Assembly: GCA_049970895.1 (NCBI GenBank)
Contig: JBMFMB010000007.1
Span: 1 to 61,953, forward strand
DNA length: 61,953 nt
From: Candidatus Bathyarchaeia archaeon
Lineage (GTDB): Archaea > Thermoproteota > Bathyarchaeia > Bathyarchaeales > Bathycorpusculaceae
Direction of reading: 5' to 3'
The notes under the pieces were generated by a model. That model was not told the origin of the DNA, searched no databases, and saw only the letters and a list, made by a program, of their open reading frames with translations. The translations under genes and the position numbers were made by a program. Below are positions 32,516 through 42,755 of the stretch, piece after piece (within the stretch, counting starts at the first letter, position 1; the number at the start of each line of letters is the position of its first letter).

Positions 32516-33466
32516 TTATAGGATCATCTGCATTATTATTAGCGCGATTATTAGCACGGAGAGGGCCTTCATGGCTTTGCTGTTGAACTTTGTGGCTTCT
32601 TCTGTTTTCTTGGCGTCTACAAGCTTCATGATGTAGACTGATGCTGAAAGGTTGTAGAGGAATATTATGTAAACTGATATCATCATTCTATCCGCAAATG
32701 TTAAATAACCTATTGGTGGTATGCCGCTGAGAAGGGATAAGTGGAAGGCTGCAGCTGACATCAGCGTTGTTACGCCTAAGCCTATTCTCTGACTGAAGTT
32801 TTGGGGCGATATGAAGAATGTAAGAAGTGATATCGTCGTTATCACAATTATTGGCAGTACGCTTTTGACGAAAGATGACAGCATGGGGCGCTTCAACTGT
32901 ATGCTGAAAATGAACCTCGAATAGGTTTCATCCCCATAGGAGTGTTCGGTTTCTGTGGCATTGTATCCCCCTATCTCCCAACCAGCAATGTTAGCAGCCT
33001 CATCTATTGCCGAATTCTGGTCTGCAACGTAGCGTAGGTGGGATATGTCAAGCTCTTTATGCTCCAGTTCTATGGTAAGCGTATGAGTTTCAAAGGGGTA
33101 TTTCGTGAAATCAAAGGTTTTTATAAAATCACCTTTAATACGGTACTCTACATAACCGCCAGTCTCATTTTCATCAATGGGTTTAAACTCTGCCACTGGA
33201 CCATTGACAAACTCAAATTTCTTCACGTCTGTTAGGCTAATTTCAGAAGGGTTAAACTTGAACCATAAATAGAAGTCTAGGCGGTAGCTGCTGGCGGCTA
33301 AATCCACCTTTTCAACATTCACAAGCCAAACTCCAACATAAACTTTCGCTGGGCTTGTTTGTGGTTTGGGTTTTTCAGCCATTGTCTGCGGGGTTAGCAT
33401 CAAAATTAGTGGCAGCATGAAGGCAAGCGTTACCATTAGTTGGTAGCGCTTTTTCATGACATTCAC
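32516..33466 (-). CDS. Pentameric ligand-gated ion channel (GLIC/ELIC-like, Pro-loop)
   Basis: Signal peptide; VYVGVWLVNV..VD, LDFYLW, FDFTKYPFE, GWEI; four TM helices with RIGLGVTTL and PPIGYLT.AD. Confidence 0.88.
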   Translation of the reverse strand: MNVMKKRYQLMVTLAFMLPLILMLTPQTMAEKPKPQTSPAKVYVGVWLVNVEKVDLAASSYRLDFYLWFKFNPSEISLTDVKKFEFVNGPVAEFKPIDENETGGYVEYRIKGDFIKTFDFTKYPFETHTLTIELEHKELDISHLRYVADQNSAIDEAANIAGWEIGGYNATETEHSYGDETYSRFIFSIQLKRPMLSSFVKSVLPIIVITTISLLTFFISPQNFSQRIGLGVTTLMSAAAFHLSLLSGIPPIGYLTFADRMMISVYIIFLYNLSASVYIMKLVDAKKTEEATKFNSKAMKALSVLIIALIIMQMIL

Positions 33467-33656
33467 CGGTCGAGTTTCAACTCGGATATAGAACTTGATA
33501 TATAAGTGTTAGGGCTGATAAACCACCTTTTTGGCATGGATTTTTATTGTTAATAAATATGTTTGTCTATTCCTAATGATACATTTTGAGGATTCGCTAC
33601 CTTTATTTATATAAAACTGCATTGAATAGGTTGAGAAAGTCGGGAGACGAAGAATC

Positions 33657-34223
33657 ATGTCGAAAAAGGCTCCATCAAAGGACGACGCGCTCGAAGCATT
33701 AGACTTCATAATTAATGTTTTGAGGGAGCATGAGAAGGATTTGGACCGCCTCATAAATGAGTTGGGCAAAATAACTGAAAGGCTTGGGGAGGCTGGAGAG
33801 CTAAGCGGCAAAATTGAAAACGTTGAAGATAGACTCACAAACCTTCAAAACGAAATTTCTAATCTTATTTCCTATCTTTCAACATCCCATGAAACGCCAA
33901 AAGCATTCGCACCACCAGCCACGCAGCCAACCGTGCAGATTCAAAAACCACAAGTCCTCGCATCTGAGGCGCGGGGTCCACCGGTCATTTTGCGATGCAA
34001 GCAGTGGGAGGATTTCCAAACCCTAGCCCGCCAAGCCCAGGCGCTTTCATTTCTATATAAGGAGGCGGAGAAAACTTTTCAGGCAGATGCCTTAAAAAAC
34101 AATCAGATTATAACTTATAGTGGGGAGCTTCCAAAACCTACAGCCCTTTTGAAGAGTTGGCTTTCTAAGCAGTTGGATGTTCCTGAAGAGAAGATTCTTG
34201 AAGGTATTTTGGCTGTCGGCTAG
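33657..34223 (+). CDS. Hypothetical protein with an N-terminal coiled coil
   Basis: Intact 188-aa ORF with heptad periodicity and a Pro/Gln-rich linker. Confidence 0.75.
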   Translation: MSKKAPSKDDALEALDFIINVLREHEKDLDRLINELGKITERLGEAGELSGKIENVEDRLTNLQNEISNLISYLSTSHETPKAFAPPATQPTVQIQKPQVLASEARGPPVILRCKQWEDFQTLARQAQALSFLYKEAEKTFQADALKNNQIITYSGELPKPTALLKSWLSKQLDVPEEKILEGILAVG

Positions 34224-34664
34224 AAGCCTTTAGGAAAGTTTGGTCTGTTTTTGTTATGTAGTAATGTTTATATATTTGCATGAGTATTAAGTCTTACGAT
34301 GCAGTATGGGGCGGAGGTTGAAGGCTGAACAAAAGCAGCCAAAATCGGTTTTTCCGTTTTCGAAGCCTTCTCCTTTCTCCTCGATGACGGAAATGGCTGC
34401 TTGTTCAGCCAAAAAACAATGAAAACCCCAACTAAGCCAAAACTGAAAGAGGCAAACAAGCTTGGACGAGAACAGAAAACCCTTGGAAAGGCTTTTTGAA
34501 GAGTTCGCAAAGTTCGAGAAAACCATGGAGGAGCTGCGCTTCCTAAAGCTGGTGGCTCAAAACCTCAAAAGCTTTAGGAAAATGCTAAGCTTCAGAAAAT
34601 ACGATTAGCCACGGGCAAAAGTAAAGCCTTTAAGCATTGTTGGCACTATCCTTTTAGACTGGAA

Positions 34665-36089
34665 ATGGAGCCAAAGCGTGGAGAAATTTTCTTCTTCAAC
34701 ACTTTGACGCGGAAGAAGGAGAAGTTTGTTCCACTGGAAGAGGGCAAAGTTAAGATTTACACTTGTGGTCCAACAGTTTATGATTATGCCCACATCGGAA
34801 ACTTTAGGACTTTCGTTTTTCAAGACTTGTTGAGAAGATGGCTGGAGTACAGAGGTTTTAGGGTAATACAGGTTATGAATATTACCGATGTTGATGACAA
34901 AACAATTAGGGGAGCCAGAAAAAGGAACATTCCATTAAGGGAATACACAGACTATTATATGAAGGCGTTTTTTGAAGATATTGAGGCGTTAAACCTCGAA
35001 AAGGCTGAGTATTATCCTAGGGCTACTGAGCACATTCCTGAAATGGTTGAGTTGATTAAGAGGCTTATGGAGAAGGGTTACGCTTACAGAGGCGAAGATG
35101 GCTCCATTTACTATGATATTTCAAAGTTTAAGGATTATGGGAAACTTTCAAAGTTGAAGATTGAGGAGTTGAAGCCCGGCGCCAGAGTGAAGGTGGACGA
35201 GTATGGGAAGGAGGAAGCCCGCGACTTTGCCCTCTGGAAGGCTTGGGACGAGGAGGACGGCGACGTTTTTTGGGAAACAGAAATTGGCAAGGGCAGACCG
35301 GGATGGCACATTGAATGTTCAACCATGGCTATGAAATATTTAGGCGAAACCATAGACATTCACAGTGGAGGCGTCGACCTAATCTTCCCACATCACGAGA
35401 ATGAGATTGCCCAGAGTGAGGCTGCCACTGGCAAGCCCTTTGCCCGCTACTGGCTCCATTCTGAGCATTTGCTTGTCGAGGGCAAGCGCATGGCTAAAAG
35501 ATATGGCAACTTTTACACTTTAAGGGATTTAATAGGGAAAGGCTATGACCCTAAGGCTATACGCTATTTGCTTATGTCAACCCATTACAGGCAACAATTA
35601 AACTTCACTTTTGAGGGGCTTGAGGGGGCGAAAGGTGCCGTTGACCGCCTAACAACTTTTGTTAGGAGACTGTTAGAAGCGGATGGTGTGGGCTGCGACG
35701 AAGAAATAAAACGCTTGATGACTGATGTGCAAAAGCGTTTTGAAAGCGCCATGGATGACGACCTAAACATAAGCGTGGCTTTGGCTGCTCTCTTCGACTT
35801 CGTTAGGGACGTGAATAAGCTTATGGACGAGAATAAGCTGAGCCGACGAGAAGCCGAAGAAGTTTATGGCTTGATGATGAAGTTTGACAAAGTTTTGGGA
35901 GTTATAGGAGAAATTAAAGCTGAAGAAAAGCTGCCCCCAGAGGCTGAGGAGCTGATTAAAAGGAGGGAGGAAGCCAGAAAAGCCAAGGATTGGGCGACCG
36001 CTGACAGAATTAGGGAGCAGCTTAGGGCTATGGGCATAATATTGGAGGACACGCCTCAAGGGGTTAAGTGGCGAATAGAAAAGCGTTAG
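34665..36089 (+). CDS. cysS: Cysteine--tRNA ligase
   Basis: YTCGPTVY, HIGN, DFALWK, PGWHIEC, DLIFPHHENE. Confidence 0.96.
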   Translation: MEPKRGEIFFFNTLTRKKEKFVPLEEGKVKIYTCGPTVYDYAHIGNFRTFVFQDLLRRWLEYRGFRVIQVMNITDVDDKTIRGARKRNIPLREYTDYYMKAFFEDIEALNLEKAEYYPRATEHIPEMVELIKRLMEKGYAYRGEDGSIYYDISKFKDYGKLSKLKIEELKPGARVKVDEYGKEEARDFALWKAWDEEDGDVFWETEIGKGRPGWHIECSTMAMKYLGETIDIHSGGVDLIFPHHENEIAQSEAATGKPFARYWLHSEHLLVEGKRMAKRYGNFYTLRDLIGKGYDPKAIRYLLMSTHYRQQLNFTFEGLEGAKGAVDRLTTFVRRLLEADGVGCDEEIKRLMTDVQKRFESAMDDDLNISVALAALFDFVRDVNKLMDENKLSRREAEEVYGLMMKFDKVLGVIGEIKAEEKLPPEAEELIKRREEARKAKDWATADRIREQLRAMGIILEDTPQGVKWRIEKR

Positions 36090-36201
36090 AGACAATGCGG
36101 TCTTGCACTTTTGTTTTCGAAATTGTTATTAAGGGTTGTTGGCTTTTCTGCTTTTGTTATGAGCCCGGCTCGAAGAGGTGAAATTAGGACAATGGGTGGT
36201 G

Positions 36202-39200
36202 ATGATGGTGAAAAGCCGGAATATAGAGTTTTCAAGTGTTGGCGAGTCTTCGAGCTGGGCTCTTCTTAGCAATGAAGAGATTTTAACTCTTCCAGTTGAG
36301 GAGCTTCTTAAGCGTTTAAATACTTCTTTGGCTGGGCTTTCTTCCGAGGATGCGGAAGAGCGTCTAAGGGTATTTGGCTACAATGAGCTTGTTAAGCGAA
36401 AGAGGAGAGCAGCCATTATCGATTTCCTCTACCATTTCAAAAGCCCGTTAATAGTTATCCTTCTTGTGGCTGGGTTGATTTCAGGCTTTTTTGGGGAGGT
36501 TGCAAACGCCATAATAATATTTGTTATAGTGACGTTCAGCGTTGTCCTAGACTTTTATCAAGAGTCTAAGGCTGAAAGGGCAGCGGAGATGCTTAAGCGA
36601 AGAGTGGCGACGACAGCCACTGTTTTAAGGGATGGCGTTAAACGGGAGGTTAGGCTTGCTGAAATCGTCCCCGGCGACATTATAAACCTTTCAGCAGGCG
36701 ACATTGTGCCTGCAGATGCCCGGGTTATAACCGCCAAAGATTTGTTTGTGAACCAGTCCGCATTGACTGGTGAGTCTTTCCCTGTTGAGAAGATCGCTTC
36801 GCCGTTGAAATCTTTTGAGCCTTCGATAACGGAGTGGAGTAACTACCTTTTTATGGGCACTTCTGTTGTGAGCGGAACAGCAACGGCTGTTGTTGTGAAG
36901 ACTGGAAGCCTAACGGAGTATGGGAAAATTGCCAAGAAGCTTGTGGAAAGGGAGGCTGAAACCGAGTTTCAAAGGGGGATTCGGAGTTTCGGCTATATGA
37001 TAATGCAGGTGACTTTCCTACTGGTCATATTTGTGTTTTTCATTAACGCCCTTTACATGCGAAGCGTTTTGGACTCGCTTCTTTTCGCTGTGGCTTTGGC
37101 TGTGGGCTTAACGCCAGAACTCTTGCCCATGATAATTTCAATTAACCTTTCCAAAGGCGCCATTGCTATGGCCAAGAGGGGCGTTATTGTGAAGCGTTTA
37201 GCCTCCATACAAAATTTTGGAAGCATGGATGTCCTATGCACGGATAAAACTGGAACCCTAACGGAGAACAGGATAAGGCTTGTTCTTCATGTTGACATTA
37301 ATGGTGATGAAAGCGAGAAGATTTTGCTTTATTCTTATCTTAACAGTTACTTCCAAACGGGATTGAAAAGCCCCTTGGACGAGGCGATATTGAATTTTAG
37401 GAATATTGATGTTAAAGATTATCGGAAAATTGACGAAGTGCCATTTGATTTTGTACGTAAGCGCTTATCCGTTGTGTTAGAATATCAAAACCAACGCTTT
37501 ATGATCACTAAGGGAGCCCCAGAGGAAGTTGCCAAAGTCTGTGCTTACTATGAAATTGGAGACATCATAGCTGACATAACCGACGAGGTGCGCGGAAAAA
37601 TTGAGCAAAAATATGTTGAGCTTAGCGCCGAAGGCTACAGGGTTTTAGGCGTATCCTACAAGCGTCTAAGGGAAGACAAGCCCGTTTATGCTGCTAGCGA
37701 CGAGAGGGAAATGGTGTTCTTGGGCTTTATTGCCTTCCTTGACCCACCTAAGGAAACGGCTAAGGAGTCGCTTCAGCTTTTGAAAAGCGCTGGCGTAGAA
37801 CTGAAAATTTTAACAGGCGACAATGAACTTGTAACTAGAAAGGTTTGCGAATACTTGGGCTTTGAAATAAAGGGAATCGTCACCGGAAGCGAAATTGCCC
37901 AAATGCATGATGACGCCCTTGCAAGGGTTGTTGAGGAGGCAAACGTTTTCTGCAGAGTGACACCGGCGCAGAAAGACCGCATAATAAACGCTTTGAGGAA
38001 TAATGGTCATGTTGTAGGGTTTTTGGGCGACGGGATAAATGATGCGCCATCCCTTAGAAGTGCAGATGTTGGCATATCTGTGAACAATGCTGTTGACGTT
38101 GCAAAGGAATCCGCAGACATAATCCTTTTACAGAACAATTTGATGGTGCTCCACGACGGTGTCTTAGAGGGAAGAAAAACCTTCGGCAACACCATGAAGT
38201 ATATCATGATGGGCGTCAGCTCAAATTTTGGAAACATGTTCAGCGTTGCCGGGGCATCCCTGTTTCTGCCATTTTTGCCAATGCTGCCGATACAAATACT
38301 TCTTAACAACCTTCTCTATGACTTTTCACAGTCAGCAATACCTACGGATGAGGTTGACCAAGAATACATTGAAAAGCCTAAAAGATGGGACATACACTTC
38401 ATCAGAAGGTTTATGGTGTTTTTGGGTCCGGTTAGCTCCCTCTTCGACTTCCTAACATTCTTTATTATGCTTTTCGCCTTCAAAGCCTCTGAGCCGTTGT
38501 TCCAAACAGCATGGTTTATTGAATCCCTCTCCTCGCAAACCCTTGTAATTTTTGTCATTAGGACAAGGAAGTCGCCCTTCTGGAGAAGCAAGCCAAGCAA
38601 GCCCCTACTATTAAGCAGCATAGCAATAATTGCGTTTGCATCAATACTGCCATACACACCTTTAGGAACAATTTTCAGGTTTGCAGAGCCTCCAGCAGCC
38701 TTCTTCATAGCCCTAGCCGCAATTCTAAGCTCATATTTGGCTTTAGCTGAAGTTGTTAAAAGATGGTTTTATAAGAGGTATGGCTATAGGCTTGAGCAAA
38801 CTCTGATACCGCCAAGAAAAATTGGCATTTACCTGAGCAAAACTGCCAAACTTGTGCAGAACATGGTTGCCGTAATATGCCTACGCTTTGAAAGTGAGTT
38901 TTCAATAGACTCCCTCATGGAAGATTTAAAGGTGTGCTTGGGCTATCCATTGGATGCAGAGCAGATTTTCCGCAATTTAAACCATCTGCGCCGAGGCGGA
39001 TTAATCAGCATAAATTGGCACGAGAGAACCGTTAAGCGGGAAAAGGCCATGAAAGAATATGTGACGAAACATGTGATGGGCGAGTTGTGGCCAAAAATAG
39101 TTGGTGACTGGCAGAGGGCAAGCGAAATTTTAAAAGCCAAATATGGAAGGCTTAACAGCGAATACTTGGAGCTTTTAAATAAGCAAATTTACCCTAAGGC

Positions 39201-39204
39201 TTAA
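36202..39204 (+). CDS. mgtA: Mg2+-translocating P-type ATPase (P3B) with a C-terminal extension
   Basis: TGES, AVGLTPELLP, DKTGTLT, PFDFVRKR, GDGIND, SSNFGN, NNLLYD. Confidence 0.92.
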   Translation: MMVKSRNIEFSSVGESSSWALLSNEEILTLPVEELLKRLNTSLAGLSSEDAEERLRVFGYNELVKRKRRAAIIDFLYHFKSPLIVILLVAGLISGFFGEVANAIIIFVIVTFSVVLDFYQESKAERAAEMLKRRVATTATVLRDGVKREVRLAEIVPGDIINLSAGDIVPADARVITAKDLFVNQSALTGESFPVEKIASPLKSFEPSITEWSNYLFMGTSVVSGTATAVVVKTGSLTEYGKIAKKLVEREAETEFQRGIRSFGYMIMQVTFLLVIFVFFINALYMRSVLDSLLFAVALAVGLTPELLPMIISINLSKGAIAMAKRGVIVKRLASIQNFGSMDVLCTDKTGTLTENRIRLVLHVDINGDESEKILLYSYLNSYFQTGLKSPLDEAILNFRNIDVKDYRKIDEVPFDFVRKRLSVVLEYQNQRFMITKGAPEEVAKVCAYYEIGDIIADITDEVRGKIEQKYVELSAEGYRVLGVSYKRLREDKPVYAASDEREMVFLGFIAFLDPPKETAKESLQLLKSAGVELKILTGDNELVTRKVCEYLGFEIKGIVTGSEIAQMHDDALARVVEEANVFCRVTPAQKDRIINALRNNGHVVGFLGDGINDAPSLRSADVGISVNNAVDVAKESADIILLQNNLMVLHDGVLEGRKTFGNTMKYIMMGVSSNFGNMFSVAGASLFLPFLPMLPIQILLNNLLYDFSQSAIPTDEVDQEYIEKPKRWDIHFIRRFMVFLGPVSSLFDFLTFFIMLFAFKASEPLFQTAWFIESLSSQTLVIFVIRTRKSPFWRSKPSKPLLLSSIAIIAFASILPYTPLGTIFRFAEPPAAFFIALAAILSSYLALAEVVKRWFYKRYGYRLEQTLIPPRKIGIYLSKTAKLVQNMVAVICLRFESEFSIDSLMEDLKVCLGYPLDAEQIFRNLNHLRRGGLISINWHERTVKREKAMKEYVTKHVMGELWPKIVGDWQRASEILKAKYGRLNSEYLELLNKQIYPKA

Positions 39205-40018
39205 TTGATTGGCAAGGCTCCTTTCCATGCAGGTTCCATTCTATTGTGGCGTATTTTCCACTACAAAGCTTTTCGGCTAGCTCCCTCTCGTACTTTGTTA
39301 AATCGCCGCTCTTTTCAAGCCTTACCCTTAACGCTTTTTGGAAACCTTCAATTAGGGCTTCGAGCACTGTGGCGTGGGGGATTTCCTTTCCAAGCTCCGC
39401 CCTTATCGAGGTTATCTTGTTTTTTGCTATGCCAACAACTTCCATGCATGTTTTTGCCCATGGAACTCTTAGGAAGGTGAACATCCTTTCAAGGTTGACG
39501 TCAACGAGTATTGTGCCGTGTTGTAGGACGACGTCGGATTTATGGTACTGGGCGCTTCCAGAAATTTTCCGCCCACCTATTGTTAGGTTTGGGCAAGTCC
39601 TCGCGTCGCCCTCGTTGAAGTCCGCCTTCAATCCGAGAATTTTTAGGGCTTCTACTATGCCAGCATAAATTTTTGCGTAAACTTCCGTTATGTCCCTGGC
39701 GCCCAAATCATCCTTGCTTGCAACTACGCTGTAGGTTATTTCGCCATCGGCGTCGTGGTAAACTGTGCCTCCACCAGTTATCCGCCTAACAACATCAACG
39801 CTATGCCTCTGACAGTTTTCCAGGTAAACCTCATTCTCCACCCTTTGAAATCGCCCAATAGAGACAGCCGAAGGATTCCAACGGTAAAACCTTACAGTGT
39901 TAGGCGCCAACCCTCTTATTCTTGCTTCCAGTACCGCCTCATCAGTAGCCATATTCATGTAAGCGTTATGCGTCTCAAACTTTAGCAGTCTCCAACCAGC
40001 CATTTCCAGCAAACTCAA
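39194..40018 (-). CDS. Lipoate-protein ligase family (single catalytic domain)
   Basis: NMATDEA, RRITGGGTVYHD, KISGSAQ, LQHGTIL. Confidence 0.9.
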   Translation of the reverse strand: MSLLEMAGWRLLKFETHNAYMNMATDEAVLEARIRGLAPNTVRFYRWNPSAVSIGRFQRVENEVYLENCQRHSVDVVRRITGGGTVYHDADGEITYSVVASKDDLGARDITEVYAKIYAGIVEALKILGLKADFNEGDARTCPNLTIGGRKISGSAQYHKSDVVLQHGTILVDVNLERMFTFLRVPWAKTCMEVVGIAKNKITSIRAELGKEIPHATVLEALIEGFQKALRVRLEKSGDLTKYERELAEKLCSGKYATIEWNLHGKEPCQSIKP

Positions 40019-40179
40019 ACTAACACCAGTCTTAAAGGTGTTTCCCTTATTTAGAAAATTTTGCTTTGGAGTCTTTCCAAGCCAATAGCCGCCTAGCCCC
40101 CTCTATATTTTGCTTTTATGCCACGTTCAGTTTAAATATTAGATGTGCGATTACACGTAGCGAGAGGAAAAAGTAGACT

Positions 40180-40620
40180 ATGGGTTCAAAGTCTCCAAGA
40201 GGCGAATTCGCCGCAAGACAACTCGTCGAAAAACGGAAGAAGTTCCGTTGGAGTAGCAGGTACTATAAAAGGCGAATGTTAGGTTTAGATGTTAAGGCTG
40301 ACCCCCTTGAAGGGGCCCCAATGGCAAGAGGCATAGTCCTCGAAAAGGTGGGCGTTGAAAGCAAACAGCCCAACAGCGCCATAAGAAAATGCGTCCGAGT
40401 TCAGCTAATTAAGAATGGTAAGGTTATTACTGCTTTTCTGCCTGGAGACGGAGCCCTAAACGTTGTAGACGAGCATGACGAGGTAATAGTTGAAGGCATC
40501 GGAGGCTCTCGTGGGAGGAGTATGGGCGACATCCCGGGCGTCCGTTGGAAGGTCATAATGGTTAATGGCGTTTCATTGAAGGAGCTTGTGCTTGGTAGGA
40601 AGCAGAAGCCAATGCGGTGA
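40180..40620 (+). CDS. rps12: 30S ribosomal protein uS12
   Basis: [22 protein letters not shown]. Confidence 0.97.
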   Translation: MGSKSPRGEFAARQLVEKRKKFRWSSRYYKRRMLGLDVKADPLEGAPMARGIVLEKVGVESKQPNSAIRKCVRVQLIKNGKVITAFLPGDGALNVVDEHDEVIVEGIGGSRGRSMGDIPGVRWKVIMVNGVSLKELVLGRKQKPMR

Positions 40621-40626
40621 TGAAGA

Positions 40627-41268
40627 ATGAGCAAGGAACAGAAAGAACAAAAAGAGGCAAAAGAAACGGAACAGAAGAAGGCTGAGCGGAAAGCCGAGGA
40701 AGAGAAGGAGATAAAACTTTTCGGAAAATGGAGCTTCAAAGAAGTCGAGGTTAGAGACCCGGGATTAAAGAGGTACATATCGCTTAAACCTGTTGTCGTA
40801 CCCCACAGCATGGGACGCCACGAGCACAAACGCTTCGGAAAGGCAAACGTCAACATTGTGGAAAGGCTCGTAAACAACCTTATGCGTCCCGGAAAAAATG
40901 CTGGGAAAAAGGCTAAAGCTATAAACATTGTTAAGCATGCCTTCGAAATAATCTACTTGCGAACTGGAAGGAACCCAATAGAAGTTCTCGTTAGGGCTGT
41001 TGAGAACTCCGCCCCATGCGAGGACACTACAAGAATCGCTTATGGTGGCATAGTCTACCACTTATCAGTGGACGTCTCACCCCAGAGAAGGGTTGACTTA
41101 GCCTTAAGATACATATGCGAGGGAGCCCGCCAAGCGGCAATGCATAATCCACGCTCAATTGAGGAGTGCCTAGCAGAAGAGCTTATTCTAGCGGCGAACA
41201 ACGACATGAAAAGTTATGCGGTTTCAAAACGCCACGAGCTTGAAAGGATAGCCATGGCTTCAAGATAG
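40627..41268 (+). CDS. rps7: 30S ribosomal protein uS7
   Basis: [28 protein letters not shown]. Confidence 0.97.
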   Translation: MSKEQKEQKEAKETEQKKAERKAEEEKEIKLFGKWSFKEVEVRDPGLKRYISLKPVVVPHSMGRHEHKRFGKANVNIVERLVNNLMRPGKNAGKKAKAINIVKHAFEIIYLRTGRNPIEVLVRAVENSAPCEDTTRIAYGGIVYHLSVDVSPQRRVDLALRYICEGARQAAMHNPRSIEECLAEELILAANNDMKSYAVSKRHELERIAMASR

Positions 41269-41291
41269 CCATTGCCACTGCCACTTTCAGC

Positions 41292-42467
41292 CTATTTTGT
41301 GTGGATTTCAACAACATCCCCATCCTCAAGGGCGAAATTAGCCCCAACCTTTTGAGGACTGAAAACGAGGCGTTTAGCCCAAACCCTTGCGTAAGCAAAC
41401 TTCTCGCTGAAGTCGCTGTGGATACTCTTAGCCAAATCATAAACCGTTGAGCCCCTCTTCAAAACGAAGGGTTTATCCGAAAAGTCTCGCTCTCCAGGCT
41501 CCTTAGTGTAGACACGAATCAAATCCAAACTTTTGAATAGGGCTTCACCAATTTTATTTAAGCCCACCCCGGTTTTGCATGAAGCGGCAATTATTGGAAG
41601 TTGACCACTAACATAACCCTCCAAAGTTTTCAGTTTTGCCTCAGAGCCTTTTACATCGCATTTGTTTGCAACTATTATAGCCGGCTTGTAGGCTGTGCTT
41701 CCGAAGATGGCGTCTTCAACATCGTCTAATGTGGCTTCGCCGTAAATCTTCACAACAGCATCCATAACCCTATAACTTTTTAGAAGCTCCTCCACATCCC
41801 TAAAAGTGCAGTCCAAAAGCCCACCAAAAACGATTATCCGTAAGCCGGCGCCCATAAACTTCCTTTCAATCTCAACCCGCGCCTTAGGCTTGCTCACAAG
41901 TATCCTCGTCCTCTCCAACTCCCCAAGAATTGTGGACAACTGCCAAACAGGGTCTTGCACCAAATCCACCATTAGGATTAAGCCGTCAGCATTCCTAGCC
42001 AAAGCCAAAGTTTGAAGACCCCAAGCCCTTCCATCTGCAGCCCCTTCCATCAAGGCTGGAGCCTCAACAAGCTGGAACTGAATATCCTCGTAGGGAAGCA
42101 TTCCAGGAACAGGCTCCTTAGTTGTGTAAGGTGTTGGCGAAACCTCAACCTTCGCGTTTGTAGTAGCCGCCAAAAGACTGCTCTTCCCAACATTTGTCAA
42201 GCCCAAAATGACTATTTGGGCTGCTCCTTCCTTCTCTACGAAAAATTTTGGTCCACCCCTGCCAGCCTTCCGCCGCTTTCCCTCCTCAATCTCTCTCCGC
42301 AGAACAGCCATCTGCTTCTTAACTTGGGCACATAGCTTGGCGGTTCCCTTATGCTTTGGCACAAGGCTTAGAAACTCCTGCATAAGCTGAAGCTTCTCTA
42401 TAGGATTTCTTGCAGCTGAAACCTCAGCCCACTTACGCTTGGCTTCCGCGGGCAAGTTTGTAGGCAT
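41292..42467 (-). CDS. DRG/OBG-family GTPase with TGS domain
   Basis: PKHKGT, GLTNVGKS, PYTT, ANKCD, IRVYTKEPG, DGDVVEI. Confidence 0.92.
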   Translation of the reverse strand: MPTNLPAEAKRKWAEVSAARNPIEKLQLMQEFLSLVPKHKGTAKLCAQVKKQMAVLRREIEEGKRRKAGRGGPKFFVEKEGAAQIVILGLTNVGKSSLLAATTNAKVEVSPTPYTTKEPVPGMLPYEDIQFQLVEAPALMEGAADGRAWGLQTLALARNADGLILMVDLVQDPVWQLSTILGELERTRILVSKPKARVEIERKFMGAGLRIIVFGGLLDCTFRDVEELLKSYRVMDAVVKIYGEATLDDVEDAIFGSTAYKPAIIVANKCDVKGSEAKLKTLEGYVSGQLPIIAASCKTGVGLNKIGEALFKSLDLIRVYTKEPGERDFSDKPFVLKRGSTVYDLAKSIHSDFSEKFAYARVWAKRLVFSPQKVGANFALEDGDVVEIHTK

Positions 42468-42710
42468 AAACCCTTACGCTTCCCAAAAACTATTGAAAAA
42501 TGAACGCTAATATCCATTTCGAAAAGAATGCCTAACAACCTTTCAACTCCCCGCAGACACAACAACAGAAATCACTAAGGAAGGATGGGGAAAATCAGCC
42601 TTTGCTAAAAGCCATTTTCTAGGGGAGTTTGCCGGAAACTAGAGAGGGATAATATATTTGCTAAGCCGAACCAGCAAAATATGCCACACAAAAACCTTAA
42701 AAAAGGGCTG

Positions 42711-42747
42711 GTCAATTTTGCAGTTCTTCGCCTGAAGCAAAATTGAC
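42711..42747 (-). terminator. Stem-loop immediately 3' of the mvh/hdr operon
   Basis: Perfect 11-bp inverted repeat GTCAATTTTGC/GCAAAATTGAC. Confidence 0.45.
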
Positions 42748-42755
42748 ACGTGCCT

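Noticed and set aside
33975-33982. attR-like copy of the tRNA-Ala 3' end (GGTCCACC)
   Set aside because: Only 8 bp, inside an intact CDS, and no integrase is present
34300-34608. Gene remnant upstream of cysS (LERLFEEFAKFEKTMEELRFLK)
   Set aside because: Looks coding-like in shifting frames but cannot be assigned to a family; too weak to call
35480-35510. CysRS KMSKS motif reads RMAKR
   Set aside because: The key second Lys is retained and other motifs are intact; treated as ordinary variation
36159-36269. mgtL-like leader ORF or Mg2+ riboswitch upstream of mgtA
   Set aside because: The overlapping ORF is not Pro-rich, the CCGGCT/AGCCGG stem is only 6 bp, and no M-box consensus is visible
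42711-42747. Archaeal SECIS element for the hydrogenase/Hdr operon
   Set aside because: All Mvh/Hdr ORFs are open with Cys at the usual Sec positions (DPCxxC); no in-frame TGA needs recoding
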